Shown here one piece after another: positions 33,357 to 44,035 of a DNA stretch of 64,000 nucleotides. The stretch's first letter is position 1. Each line of letters begins with the position of its first letter. A model generated the notes under the pieces. The model searched no databases. It saw nothing but the letters and a program-made list of their open reading frames with translations, and was not told the DNA's origin. Origin of the DNA: Heteronotia binoei (taxonomy: Eukaryota); assembly GCF_032191835.1 (NCBI RefSeq), contig NC_083236.1, positions 46,438,001 to 46,502,000 on the forward strand. The letters run 5' to 3'. The position numbers were made by a program, and so were the translations under genes.

Positions 33357-36300
33357 CTTGAGGGAAGAAAAGGAAGAGTTAATGTCCTGAGGGGAAATTT
33401 TAAGGCTGGTCCAGCCTGTTCAATGAATGTAATGTAGAGGGTGCTTATTTGCCTCATTTATGGTCTACTTTTATCATTGAGACTCAAGATGGATTACAAA
33501 ACTTTTAACGCATTGATGAAAAAAATGCAAGAAGAATGCTATGCTACATTCAATAAACTATTGAATAAAATGTCTAAAAAATTCACAGATATTAAAACTA
33601 CAATCCTCTTCCCTTGACAAGAATGACCTGTGCAATTCTGTCACTGCAGGTGGGGGCTTTCCTGAATGAATGCTTTGCCAGATTTTTAAAAATCTGCCTA
33701 GAAAAAATGTAGATGTCAGAGGAGGAGGAAGAGGAAGAGGATTTATACCCCACCCTTCACTCTGAGTCTCATAACAGCTTACAGTCAACTTCCCTTCCTC
33801 TCCCCACAACAGACACCCTATGAGGTAGCTGGGGTTGAGAGAGAGAGCTCTTGAGAGAACAGCTCTGAGAGAACTGTGACTGACCCAAAGTTACCCAGCT
33901 GGCTGCATGTGAAGAAGTGGGGAATCAAACCCAGCTCTCCAGATTAGAGTCCGTTGCTCCTAACCAGTACACCAAAGTGTAGGTGGAGGTTTTGAGGATG
34001 TTGCATCACTTATAGGAATCTCTACATCTTAACCATAGAGACAGAGGAATTTCCTATAATGTCTCCACCAATCCTATTTTCTGCCTCATTTTTTTCTCCC
34101 ATTCCTCAAATCATCAAGGGAAGACAGCGGGGTTGAGGGATTAATGAGCATATGGCGAATCTACCCTCATGGGCTTTCTAGGGTTATAGCACCCCTCCTC
34201 ATAGCCGACATACCTTTTCTGTTCCCATGTCTGTTTTCACCCAGCCAGGATGGATGGTAGTGCACAAGATCCCGTCTCCTTTCAGTTCCTTTGCCATGCA
34301 TACAGTAATCATATTCAATGCAGCCTGTAAAATGAAACCAGCCTTTGAAGAAGCACTTTTGTTCAAGGCTTCCATTCAAGGTTTCCGAGTATCAAACTGA
34401 TCAAAAGGTACTAGCACTGAGAACTGGCAGGTTGCTTGGTTGGGTAAGTCCTGGGCTTTCACACAATGACGGAATGCCTGTTTCTTCCAAAGACCAGGGC
34501 TTTTTTGAGAAGGAATGCACAGGAACACCGGGAGTGGGGGGGGGGGGGGCCTAATAAGCAAAAGAGTTCCTGCTGGGCTTTTTCTAAAAAAAAAAAAAAA
34601 AAGCCCTGCCAAAGACTTACCTTGCTTGCACGGTATGCCAACATAGGATCCAACATAACCTCAAAGCCCCTTTCAATGGAGCCCAGTTTGGAAGTTATAT
34701 TGATGATGGCTGCCTTCTGGCAGCTCATTCCCTCTGCTGCTGTCTCTCTGGCTGCCTTCTTCAGTAATGGCAGGCATTCCTATACGACAGATAAAGTAGC
34801 AGACCATAGAAATCAGGAATCTGAGTTTGGATCATTCATATACCTCCTGGCCAATGCTCCCTCTAAGCTGCAGAGCCTTCGGCCTTGTGAGCAAAAATTC
34901 TACTTTTTGAGCTGCTGGTGTAAAAGATGTGGCTACTGCATATATTAGTTTGCTCTGGGGCTATTTTTCCTGAGCTAAGACAAAAATGTGTGAACTGGAG
35001 GCTAAAAAACTGTGAGCTAGCTCACACTAACTCAGCTTAAAGGAAACACTGCTCCCGGCTATTAGTGGTGCATACGTTTGTAATGCAAAGCCATATATCA
35101 TCCCTGCCACTGTTTTTGCAGACTGAAGCATGACTTTATGCACTTTTTTTTTTTTTGCTTTCTTGCTAGTTGGCTGGCTTTCTCATTGGGAGCAAGAACC
35201 AAATTTCCCTGCCACACCTACACAGCCATACCATGCAGCTTAGCATACTGACCTACACACACCACATGCTTGGAGGTCCATACAAGACTACATCTCCCTG
35301 CCCTGATATGATCATAGAATCATAGAGTTGGAAGGGACCTCCAGGGTCATCTAGTCCAACCCCCTGCACAATGCAGGAAACTCACAAATACTTCTCCCTA
35401 AATTCACAGGATCCACATTGCTGCCAGATGGCCATCTAGCCTCTGTTTAAAAATCTCCAAGGAAAGAGAGCCCGCCGCCACCTCCTGAGGAAGCCTGTTC
35501 CACTGAGGAACTACTCTAACGGTCAGGAAGTTCTTCCTAATCTTGAGCTGAAACTCTTTTGATTTAATTTCAAAATGATGCACACTTAGAACATGCACAG
35601 GGGGACTTGTGATAAGAACTTAAGAGAAAGGGTATGTTGAACACACAAGAAGGTCAAGAATTATATTCAAAAAATGATGGCAGCATATTGCTAACACTGC
35701 ACTCCTCAGAACCTTATAGGTTCTTCACTTCAGGATGCAAACTCCAGCTTTCATCTTACATTTCTCCAAATGGAAGATGTCTGTACGATTCATTCTGTAC
35801 AGGTCAGGAAGAGTCAGGGATGCCCTCTTTCCTGGACTGCTGTGCTTGGGCTTATGCTACCTTGCCATCTAAAAAGGATGGGGGAAAGTTGAAAATAGAC
35901 TCACAGATATTATGGCGAAAAAGAAAAAGAAAAGTATATTATTTGGAGAGTGTAACAGGCATAGCAGCATATTTGGATATCAAGATAAACTTCAAAAACT
36001 GAAAAAAACCAAAAATTTCAGTAATACATTATTGTCATACACACTATAACCAGTATTCCCTCCAAGATGAGTTAGTGTGAGATAACTCACAATTTTATAG
36101 CCTCTGGCTCACACATTTTTGTCTTCGCTCAGAAAAAAATGATCCCAAAACAAACTAATTCATGCAGTAGCCAAATCACTCGCTCACACGACTTTAATGC
36201 CAGTAGCTCATTAAGTAGATTTTTTGCTCACAAGACTCCACAGCTTAGAGGGAACAATGATTATAACGTATTAACACTGGACCAAATCAGACACATTTAA

Positions 36301-39300
36301 ACAATAAATAATGCTCTGCAACACAGAGGAAGAAATTCTTCTCACCTTAACCACAAGAATGGGCCCTACGACATTGGTGTTGAACACGGATAGCATTTCT
36401 TCCGGTTGCACAGTTTCTAAGGAGCCATAAGAGTTTACTCCAGCATTGTTGATGAGAACATTCAGGCCTCTGCCATTTAGAAGGGACTCCACCACCGCCA
36501 CAGAAGCCTTCACACTGGTCTGGTCTTCCACCTCTGTTGGGCAGACAGGCAAGCAGATGAGATGGGAATCAGGCAGGAAGTGAAAAGCTCAGTGTGGCAT
36601 AGTGCTCACAGTGCTGACTTTGGATAGCTGCCTATGTAAGAAACCCACGTTCAGCTGACACGTATGTTACAATCTGAATTTTGGTGCAAATGCATTTTCC
36701 TATAAATGGCAAAGTATACATCTAGAGCACGGGTGGCCAAAATGTGGCTAGGGAGCCACGTGTGCCTCTTTCACACATATTATGTGGCTCTTAAAACCAA
36801 CCACCACGTCAGCTGGCTTGAAAAAGGCATTTTTATCTTTAAATCATCTCCAAACCAGCTGGCAGCTTGGAGAATGCATTTAAAGTTGCTTTCTTACCAC
36901 CTCCACCTCCCCCATCTATTTAATTTCTTTCCACCTTCCCTTCCTCCCTTTCTGTCTTGAAGATCTCATTCTATGTGGCTCTTACATTTAGCAAATTTGG
37001 CCACCCCTGATCTAGAGCAAGAGTGTCCAACAGGAACGTTCTGCGCTACCAATAGATCATTGGCTGCTGCAGAGTAGCTCTTACACCTTCTAGAAGATCC
37101 CAGAAAAGATTGTCAAAAGATTTGCTCTAGGATTTTTTGAAAGCTTTTATTTGTTAGGCTTTTTCTCTGTGCTGCTTAACCCATGGCTACATTTCTGGTA
37201 TTCCTCATGTCCTGTTTCCAAGATGGAACAATGCCTGGTAATGTTCTTGGGAGGGGCGACACAACTCAGTGGTAGAGCACCTGCTTGGCATGCAGAAGGT
37301 CCCAGGTTCAATCCCCGGCATCTCTAGTTAAAAGATTTGTTAACATGCACATATCCTCTGTTAGGATATGAAAGCCCTCTGCCTGAGACCCTGGAGAGCT
37401 GCTGTCAATCTGAGTAGATACTGACTTTGATGGACTGATGGTCTGATTCAGTATATGGCTACTTCCAGGGCTTTTTCCCCATATAAAAAAAAGCCCAGCA
37501 GGAACTCATTTGCATATTAGGCCACACACTCAGGGGCTTTTTGAGCAGGAACGCAGTTCCAGCTTGCCTGGCACCAGGGGGTGTGGCCTAATATGCAAAT
37601 GAGTTCCTGTTGGACTTTTTCTACAAAAAAGCCCTGTGTGAAACAATGCTGATGTCAAAGGGCGTGGCCTAATAAGCAAATGAGTTCCTGCTGGACCTTT
37701 TCTACAAAAAAAAGCCCTGCACACCCCATGATGCCAAGTCAGCCGGAACTGCGTTCCTTTGTGTTCCTGCTCAGAAAAAGCCTTGGCTACTTCATGTGTT
37801 CATGCTGAGGGATGAGTAGCTTTGGATATTTTATCATTATACAGATTTAGCTCTCACTAAAGAAAAAGGATGGCAACCCCTGACCTAGAGCCATCAAAGC
37901 CCATTTGTCCTGCAATAGACAGGGTCACATTTTGGACTGTGTCCCTTCTGGAAAACGATGGGAAGCGAGATATTCCATACCTAACTGAACCACATGAATC
38001 CTGGAGTGTTTATCAGCCAGATCACGCAGGGCCTGGAATTGGAGACAAAAAGGTGACTGAGACAAGACTAGTATATCAAATGGACACAAATTACTTGCGA
38101 TTGTTGTAGGACCAAGAAGTTTGCTTGCTCCTGTTCCATGTTATGGCCCTTGGGGGTAGGGTGGCCAGACCGTCCCGGTCTCCCGGGACATTCCCGGATC
38201 TGGCCACCCAATCCCGGATCCCGGGCTGCCTATACCGGGACCATTAAAGGTCCCGGTTTAGGCAGCCCCGGAGCCGGTGGGCCGCGGGCGCGGGCGGGGA
38301 AGGCGGGGAGTGAGGGAGGGAGCGTCCCTGCGCCTGCGCAGGGCCCCTGCGCACGCGCAGGGACGCTCCCACCCTCACTCCCCGCCTTCCCCGCCCGCGC
38401 GCGGGGCCCGGCGGCAGTGGTGGAGGCCTCTCCATGGCCTCCGCTGGTCGCTGGAAGCTCTCCAGAGACTCTGGAGGGCCTCCAGCGACCAGCGGAGGCC
38501 GCGGAGAGGCCGCGGGGCACCCGGCGCTGGTCCCGGAAGGCCTTCCAGAGCCTCTGGAAGGCCTTCGGGGACCAGCGCCGGCCAGCGAAGGCTTCCCCGC
38601 GGCCTCCGCTGGTCCCTGGAGGCCCTCCAGAGTCTCTGGAGGGCCTCCAGGGACCAGCGGAGGCCGCGGGGAAGCCGCGGGGCACCCGGCGCTGGTCCCG
38701 GAAGGCCTTCCAGAGGCTCTGGAAGGCCTTCCGGGACCAGCGCCGGCCAGCGAAGGCTTCCCCGCGGCCTCCGCTGGTCCGTGGAGGCCCTCCAGAGTCT
38801 CTGGAGGGCCTCCAGGGACCAGCGGAGGCCGCGGGGAAGCCGCGGGGCACCCGGCGCTGGTCCCGGAAGGCCTTCCAGAGCCTCTGGAAGGCCTTCAGGG
38901 ACCAGCGCCGGCCAGCGAAGGCTTCCCCGCGGCCTCCGCTGGTCCCTGGAGGCCCTCCAGAGTCTCTGGAGGGCCTCCAGGGACCAGCGGAGGCCGCGGG
39001 GAAGCCGCGGGGCACCCGGCGCTGGTCCCGGAAGGCCTTCCAGAGGCTCTGGAAGGCCTTCCGGGACCAGCGCCGGCCAGCGAAGGCTTCCCCGCAGCCT
39101 CCGCTGGTCCCTGGAGGCCCTCCAGAGTCTCTGGAGGGCCTCCAGGGACCAGCGGAGGCCGCGGGGAAGCCGCGGGGCACCCGGCGCTGGTCCCGGAAGG
39201 CCTTCCAGAGCCTCTGGAAGGCCTTCCGGGACCAGCGCCGGCCAGCGAAGGCTTCCCCGCGGCCTCCGCTGGTCCCTGGAGGCCCTCCAGAGTCTCTGGA

Positions 39301-42300
39301 GGGCCTCCAGGGACCAGCGGAGGCCGCAGGGAAGCCGCGGAGCAGCCGGCGCTGGTCCCTGGAGGCCTCCAGAGGCCAGCGCCGGTAGCGGAGAGGCCCG
39401 GCGCTGGTCCCTGGAGGCCTCCAGAGGCCAGCCCCGGCAGCTCCCTCCCTCCCTCGTCGCGAGGGCCGCCGCCGCCGCTGGATCCGCCGCCCTGGAATAA
39501 GGTAAGGGGGCCGAAAGCGGGGGGGGGGCGGGGGGNNNNNNNNNNNNNNNNNNNNNNNNNNNNNNNNNNNNNNNNNNNNNNNNNNNNNNNNNNNNNNNNN
39601 NNNNNNNNNNNNNNNNNNNNNNNNNNNNNNNNNNNNNNNNNNNNNNNNNNNNNNNNNNNNNNNNNNNNNNNNNNNNNNNNNNNNNNNNNNNNNNNNNNNN
39701 NNNNNNNNNNNNNNNNNNNNNNNNNNNNNNNNNNNNNNNNNNNNNNNNNNNNNNNNNNNNNNNNNNNNNNNNNNNNNNNNNNNNNNNNNNNNNNNNNNNN
39801 NNNNNNNNNNNNNNNNNNNNNNNNNNNNNNNNNNNNNNNNNNNNNNNNNNNNNNNNNNNNNNNNNNNNNNNNNNNNNNNNNNNNNNNNNNNNNNNNNNNN
39901 NNNNNNNNNNNNNNNNNNNNNNNNNNNNNNNNNNNNNNNNNNNNNNNNNNNNNNNNNNNNNNNNNNNNNNNNNNNNNNNNNNNNNNNNNNNNNNNNNNNN
40001 NNNNNNNNNNNNNNNNNNNNNNNNNNNNNNNNNNNNNNNNNNNNNNNNNNNNNNNNNNNNNNNNNNNTGCAGAGTGTTGGACTGGATGGGCCACTGGCCT
40101 GATCCAACAGGGCTTCTCTTATGTTCTTATGTGACGCAGAGTGTTGGACTGGATGGGCCACTGGCCTGATCCAACAGGGCTTCTCTTATGTTCTTATGTG
40201 ATGCAGAGTGTTGGACTGGATGGGCCACTGGCCTGATCCAACAGGGCTTCTCTTATGTTCTTATGTGACGCAGAGTGTTGGACTGGATGGGCCACTGGCC
40301 TGATCCAACAGGGCTTCTCTTATGTTCTTATGTGACGCAGAGTGTTGGACTGGATGGGCCACTGGCCTGATCCAACAGGGCTTCTCTTATGTTGTTATGT
40401 GATGCAGAGTGTTGGACTGGATGGGCCACTGGCCTGATCCAACAGGGCTTCTCTTATGTTGTTATGTGACGCAGAGTGTTGGACTGGATGGGCCACTGGC
40501 CTGATCCAACAGGGCTTCTCTTATGTTGTTATGTGATGCAGAGTGTTGGACTGGATGGGCCACTGGCCTGATCCAACAGGGCTTCTCTTATGTTGTTATG
40601 TGATGCAGAGTGTTGGACTGGATGGGCCACTGGCCTGATCCAACAGGGCTTCTCTTATGTTATTATGTGACGCAGAGTGTTGGACTGGAGGGGCCACTGG
40701 CCTGATCCAACAGGGCTTCTCTTATGTGACAATACTGACTTTGGTGGACCCAAGCACTGATTCAGTGTAAGGGAGCTTTGTGTTTGTGTCTTCTAGTGCA
40801 ATTTTGTTCTCAGATCCTGTATTTACTTCATCAGTATATGGGATAAGGCACTTTCTCAACTGTGCTGCATAATGCAGCCTATTTATTTTGTCCTGTTGGC
40901 TCTATCTGCGCCACCTTCATCACTTTCGGGGTGTGGATCCCCCAGTGGAGTGGTCTCCCGACTCCCTCCGCCGGCTGTTTCTGATAGCCCTGCGCCCCCT
41001 CTTTCATTTGATATGTGTCCCGTGCGGGTGCCACCCTCCCGCCGGGAGATGCCGCAAAATGAGCCCCCTTGAGGCTTATGGCGGCAGGGCTCGGGGGAAG
41101 CGAGCTAGACTGCTGTTCTTTTGAGGGGTTATAGAGTGTTTCGAGCCCGTCCCTGTGGCATCGGTCCCATCATTGTGGGGCCCAGGGGGCCGGCGCAGCG
41201 GCACGCTGAAGCAGCCTGTCGGTCACTTCCAGGTTCCTGTCCTGCATCTTGACCGGTGTTATTAGTGACAGGCTGCTTCGGCGTGCCGCTGCGCCGGCCC
41301 CCTTGGTCCCACAACGATGGGACCGATGCCACAGGGACGGGCTCGAAACACTCTATAACCCCTCAAAAGAACAGCAGTCTAGCTCGCTTCCCCCGAGCCC
41401 TGCCGCCATAAGCCTCAAGGGGGCTCATTTTGCGGCATCTCCCGGCGGGAGGGTGGCACCCGCACGGGACACATATCAAATGAAAGAGGGGGCGCAGGGC
41501 TATCAGAAACAGTCAGCGGAGGGAGTCGGGAGACCACCCCACTGGGGGATCCACACCCCGAAAGTGATGAAGGTGGCGCAGATAGAGCCAACAGAGCCAA
41601 CAGGACAAAATAAATAGGCTGCATTATGCAGCACAGTTGAGAAAGTGCCTTATCCCATATACTGATGAAGTATATACAGGATTTGAGAACAAAATTGTTT
41701 CCGGCGGTGATATTTGGGGGATTTTTGGGGACGTCACAGGAAGTGCTGTGAAGTCACTTCCTGTTTCCGGCAGGTGACGCGGGGGAAATGATGTCACAGG
41801 AAGTGATGCCACTTCCTGTTTCCGGTGGTGGCATGACATCACCGGAAGTGACGTCACCGGAAGTGACGTCACTTCCTGTTTCCGGCGGCGCGCGCGCTTT
41901 GCGCGCGCACACCCCCCCCCCCCCACCCACCCCCCAGTGTCCCTGGCTGGCCTTCAGACATTATGGTCACCCTACTTGGGGGACTGTATTCCCAAAAGCA
42001 AAAACGTCAGGTTGGGTTTTTTTTAATTTCATATTGTTTAATGTAGTAATTGCCCTGACCTGGATGTCCCAGTCTCATCAGACAAGGGTAGCCCAATCTC
42101 ATCAGACCTCAGAAGCTAAGTAGAGTCAGCTCTGGTTTGTATTTGGATGAGAGACAACCAAGGAAGACCAGGGTCACTATGCAGAGGCAGGCAATGGCAA
42201 ACCACCTCTGAATGCCCCTTGCCTTGAAAAAAGGGTTACCATAAGTCAGCTGTGACTTGGCAGCACTTTTCCACCATCAATGTAATTAGGTGGCCATCAG

Positions 42301-43941
42301 GGTTGCCAACTCCTGGTTGAGAAATACCTCATCTTGGGGGTAGAACCTGGGGAGGGTGGGCTTTGGAGAGGGGAGGGGCCTCAGTGCTGTATAATGCCAT
42401 ACAGTCTATCCTCCAAACTGTCAGTTTTCTCCAGTGAAGCTGATCTGTGTAGTCTGGCTGTCAGAATTTTGAGAGATCTCTAGGTCGCACCTAGAGGTTG
42501 GCAACCCAACATTCCCTCTTGCAACCCTTCTCTTCTGTTAGGATGAAATTTTCTCATCTTCATCCTTCTTCCCCAATTTGAACCAACAGAAGAAAGCCTC
42601 CCTGCACTAGAAGGTATGAAAGGCAATACATATTTCTATTTCTAATGTTCCTCTGCCCTATACAATTGGGCTACAATTCTTGGGGACTGTACCCCATAGA
42701 AAGACTGCCTTTTTGATGGTCCATTATAATTCTCCCTTACATAAATGGCACACAGAGATGTAGTAATGTTTCCTTTTTAAAATCTGTTCACATACATGAA
42801 CTCTGTGTGACATTACTTTGTTTTATTTATTACAGCCAACACCAAACTTACTTCCTGGTATCCAGTGAAAAGCTAAAGGATTGCCTGAGAAAACTTAAAG
42901 GCTTCAGACAGCAAATCACAATTTGCCCACCTATATTATTCTTATAAAAGAATGTATCTGGCTAACGCCCAGAAGCTGGAAGATTTCCAACAAAAAACAC
43001 TCCAAACCCGTAAGCCAATATGACTGGGGAAAACACAGTGCACAAAAATGCTAATCAGGGATGAACCACTGCTGTGTGAACATGGGCTAAATGTTTTGGT
43101 TGGACAGTGCGCCTGTCAGGCACATAAATGCTGATCCAGTCACTCCCCTTTGATGTCCCGCTATTACCCCTTGCCTTCTAGAGAAAATGGACCCCTACAG
43201 ATAGCACAGGGGAAATGCCAACTGAAAGCACAGTGCAAACATAGACATTGGGGCACCAAGGAAACCACAGCTGGATCAAGTTTGGGCCTGCAAATGGGAG
43301 GTGATTTGTTTGCTTTATATAACATTCTGAGCTTAATGAATGGATGTATTTGGGTTTAAAATAGTTACATCTGAATACATACCCTTAAACCAATCCATTT
43401 TCCCCCAGTTGCCAATGAAATTGCACACAATGCAGACAACATGACCAGGTTTCCCCTCTTCCTGGAGGGGAAAAAGCAATCATGATGCTCTGAAACACTT
43501 CCTTTTGCTGTTCCAGCCAGACATACGCTGTCAGCCGGCGGAGCCATCCTTTCACGGTGCTCTCTCTCTCCCAGATTAACTGGACTTTGAGCCCTGACTG
43601 GGTAAATATGAATCAGTGACGCTGTAAGTTCAAACCTGCAGATTCTGAGCATCATCATAGTAACCAGAGACTTTGTTTTGTGACTAAATGAAGCCTAAAA
43701 GGGCTTACAGGGTCACTGAGGAACTCTGACTGCACCAGAATACATTGACCAAGATACCCTATGCACTCCCCACTTGCACCATTCCCTTTCTACAGACCTT
43801 TCCTTGGGGTCCAGCAGGATTCCGGCAAGTTGCAAAGATGTGCTTCGGAGGATCTGTCATCTCCAAAAGCTGCCGCACCATTTCTAGCCCAATTCCCCGG
43901 CTGGATCCTGTCAGCAGGACGCTGTCAGCCAGCGGAGCCAT
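33243..43941 (-). CDS. C-factor/CsgA-like SDR gene 3, complement(join exons 43798-43941, 37981-38032, 36346-36533, 34621-34779, 34214-34324, 33243-33356), 255 aa
   Basis: Six GT-AG exons on the minus strand total 768 nt with the same exon sizes and phases. [42 protein letters not shown]. More divergent from genes 1 and 2 than they are from each other. Confidence 0.94.
34214..34324 (-). CDS. SDR gene 3 exon 5 ([37 protein letters not shown])
   Basis: 111 nt, ttttacag acceptor, AAG|gtatgt donor. Confidence 0.93.
34621..34779 (-). CDS. SDR gene 3 exon 4 ([10 protein letters not shown]...LAYRASK)
   Basis: 159 nt, cgtatag acceptor, AAG|gtaagt donor. Confidence 0.93.
35309..35575 (-). mobile_element. 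CR1 LINE 3' fragment
   Basis: Encodes the CR1 ORF2 C-terminus ([21 protein letters not shown]...LEIFKQRLD) and ends in the ATTCTATG tail. Shorter CR1 tails at ~12200-12250, 48680-48740 and 59470-59520. Confidence 0.88.
36346..36533 (-). CDS. SDR gene 3 exon 3 (EVEDQTSVK...LINNAG...GPILVVK)
   Basis: 188 nt, ccaacag acceptor, AAG|gtgaga donor. Confidence 0.93.
37249..37466 (+). mobile_element. tRNA-derived SINE (second family)
   Basis: A box (ctcagtggtagagc) and B box (ggttcaatccc) followed by a non-tRNA body. A split relative lies at 8520-8620 and 9035-9085. Confidence 0.72.
37981..38032 (-). CDS. SDR gene 3 exon 2 ([17 protein letters not shown])
   Basis: 52 nt, ctccaattccag acceptor, G|gtatgg donor. 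Too short to appear in the ORF track. Confidence 0.88.
38436..39430. repeat. GC-rich 165-bp tandem array made of paired palindromes (about 5.5 units)
   Basis: The same motif recurs at 38536, 38701, 38866, 39031 and 39196. Unit = 61-bp palindrome + 8 nt + 87-bp palindrome + 9 nt. Confidence 0.93.
39536..40067. other. Assembly gap (532 N)
   Basis: Run of N between a G-run and a tandem array. Confidence 1.
40068..40729 (+). repeat. 67-bp tandem array (10 visible units) derived from a LINE 3' end
   Basis: Unit (t/c)gcagagtgttggactggatgggccactggcctgatccaacagggcttctcttatgtt(c/g/a)ttatgtga repeats every 67 nt. It matches the dispersed LINE tail seen on the minus strand at ~29320-29400. Confidence 0.92.
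40799..41697. repeat. Long inverted repeat: arms 40799-41220 and 41267-41697, 46-nt spacer
   Basis: The arms are reverse complements apart from about 9 substitutions and one 9-nt duplication (counted by eye). Confidence 0.92.
43798..43941 (-). CDS. SDR gene 3 exon 1 ([18 protein letters not shown]...GPQGK)
   Basis: 48 codons, AAG|gtctgt donor. Confidence 0.92.
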
Positions 43942-44035
43942 CCTTTCACGGTGCTCTCTCTCTCCCAGATTAACTGGACTTTGAGCCCTGACTGGGTAAA
44001 TATGAATCAGTGACGCTCAATCAGAAGGGTGTGCC

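Larger units (their letters stand above)
38157..41974. mobile_element. Composite non-autonomous hAT (Blackjack-like TIR) element in SDR gene 3 intron 1
   Basis: TIRs TAGGGTGGCCA / TGGTCACCCTA and a perfect 8-bp TSD CTTGGGGG (38149-38156, 41975-41982). No transposase ORF in the sequenced part; spans an assembly gap. Confidence 0.85.

Noticed and set aside
33489-33617. Short [20 protein letters not shown]... in SDR gene 3 intron 5
   Set aside because: About 42 codons, antisense to the host gene, most likely a retroelement remnant.
37249-37325. tRNA-like sequence (also at 8520-8590 and the heads of the Squam3-like SINEs)
   Set aside because: A and B boxes run straight into SINE bodies with no proper acceptor stem or terminator, so these are SINE heads, not tRNA genes.
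38138-40161. Five long overlapping ORFs (399-643 aa) on both strands
   Set aside because: They come from a GC-rich palindromic 165-bp array with no stop codons plus translated Ns, and show no protein motifs.
40068-40729. CRISPR-like regular repeat
   Set aside because: Units are contiguous with no unique spacers, in a vertebrate genome, and derive from a LINE tail.
41640-41697. CTGATGA at 41662-41668 (and its mirror in the left arm) as a hammerhead
   Set aside because: No GAAA at a compatible position and no stems could be formed in type I, II or III topology.
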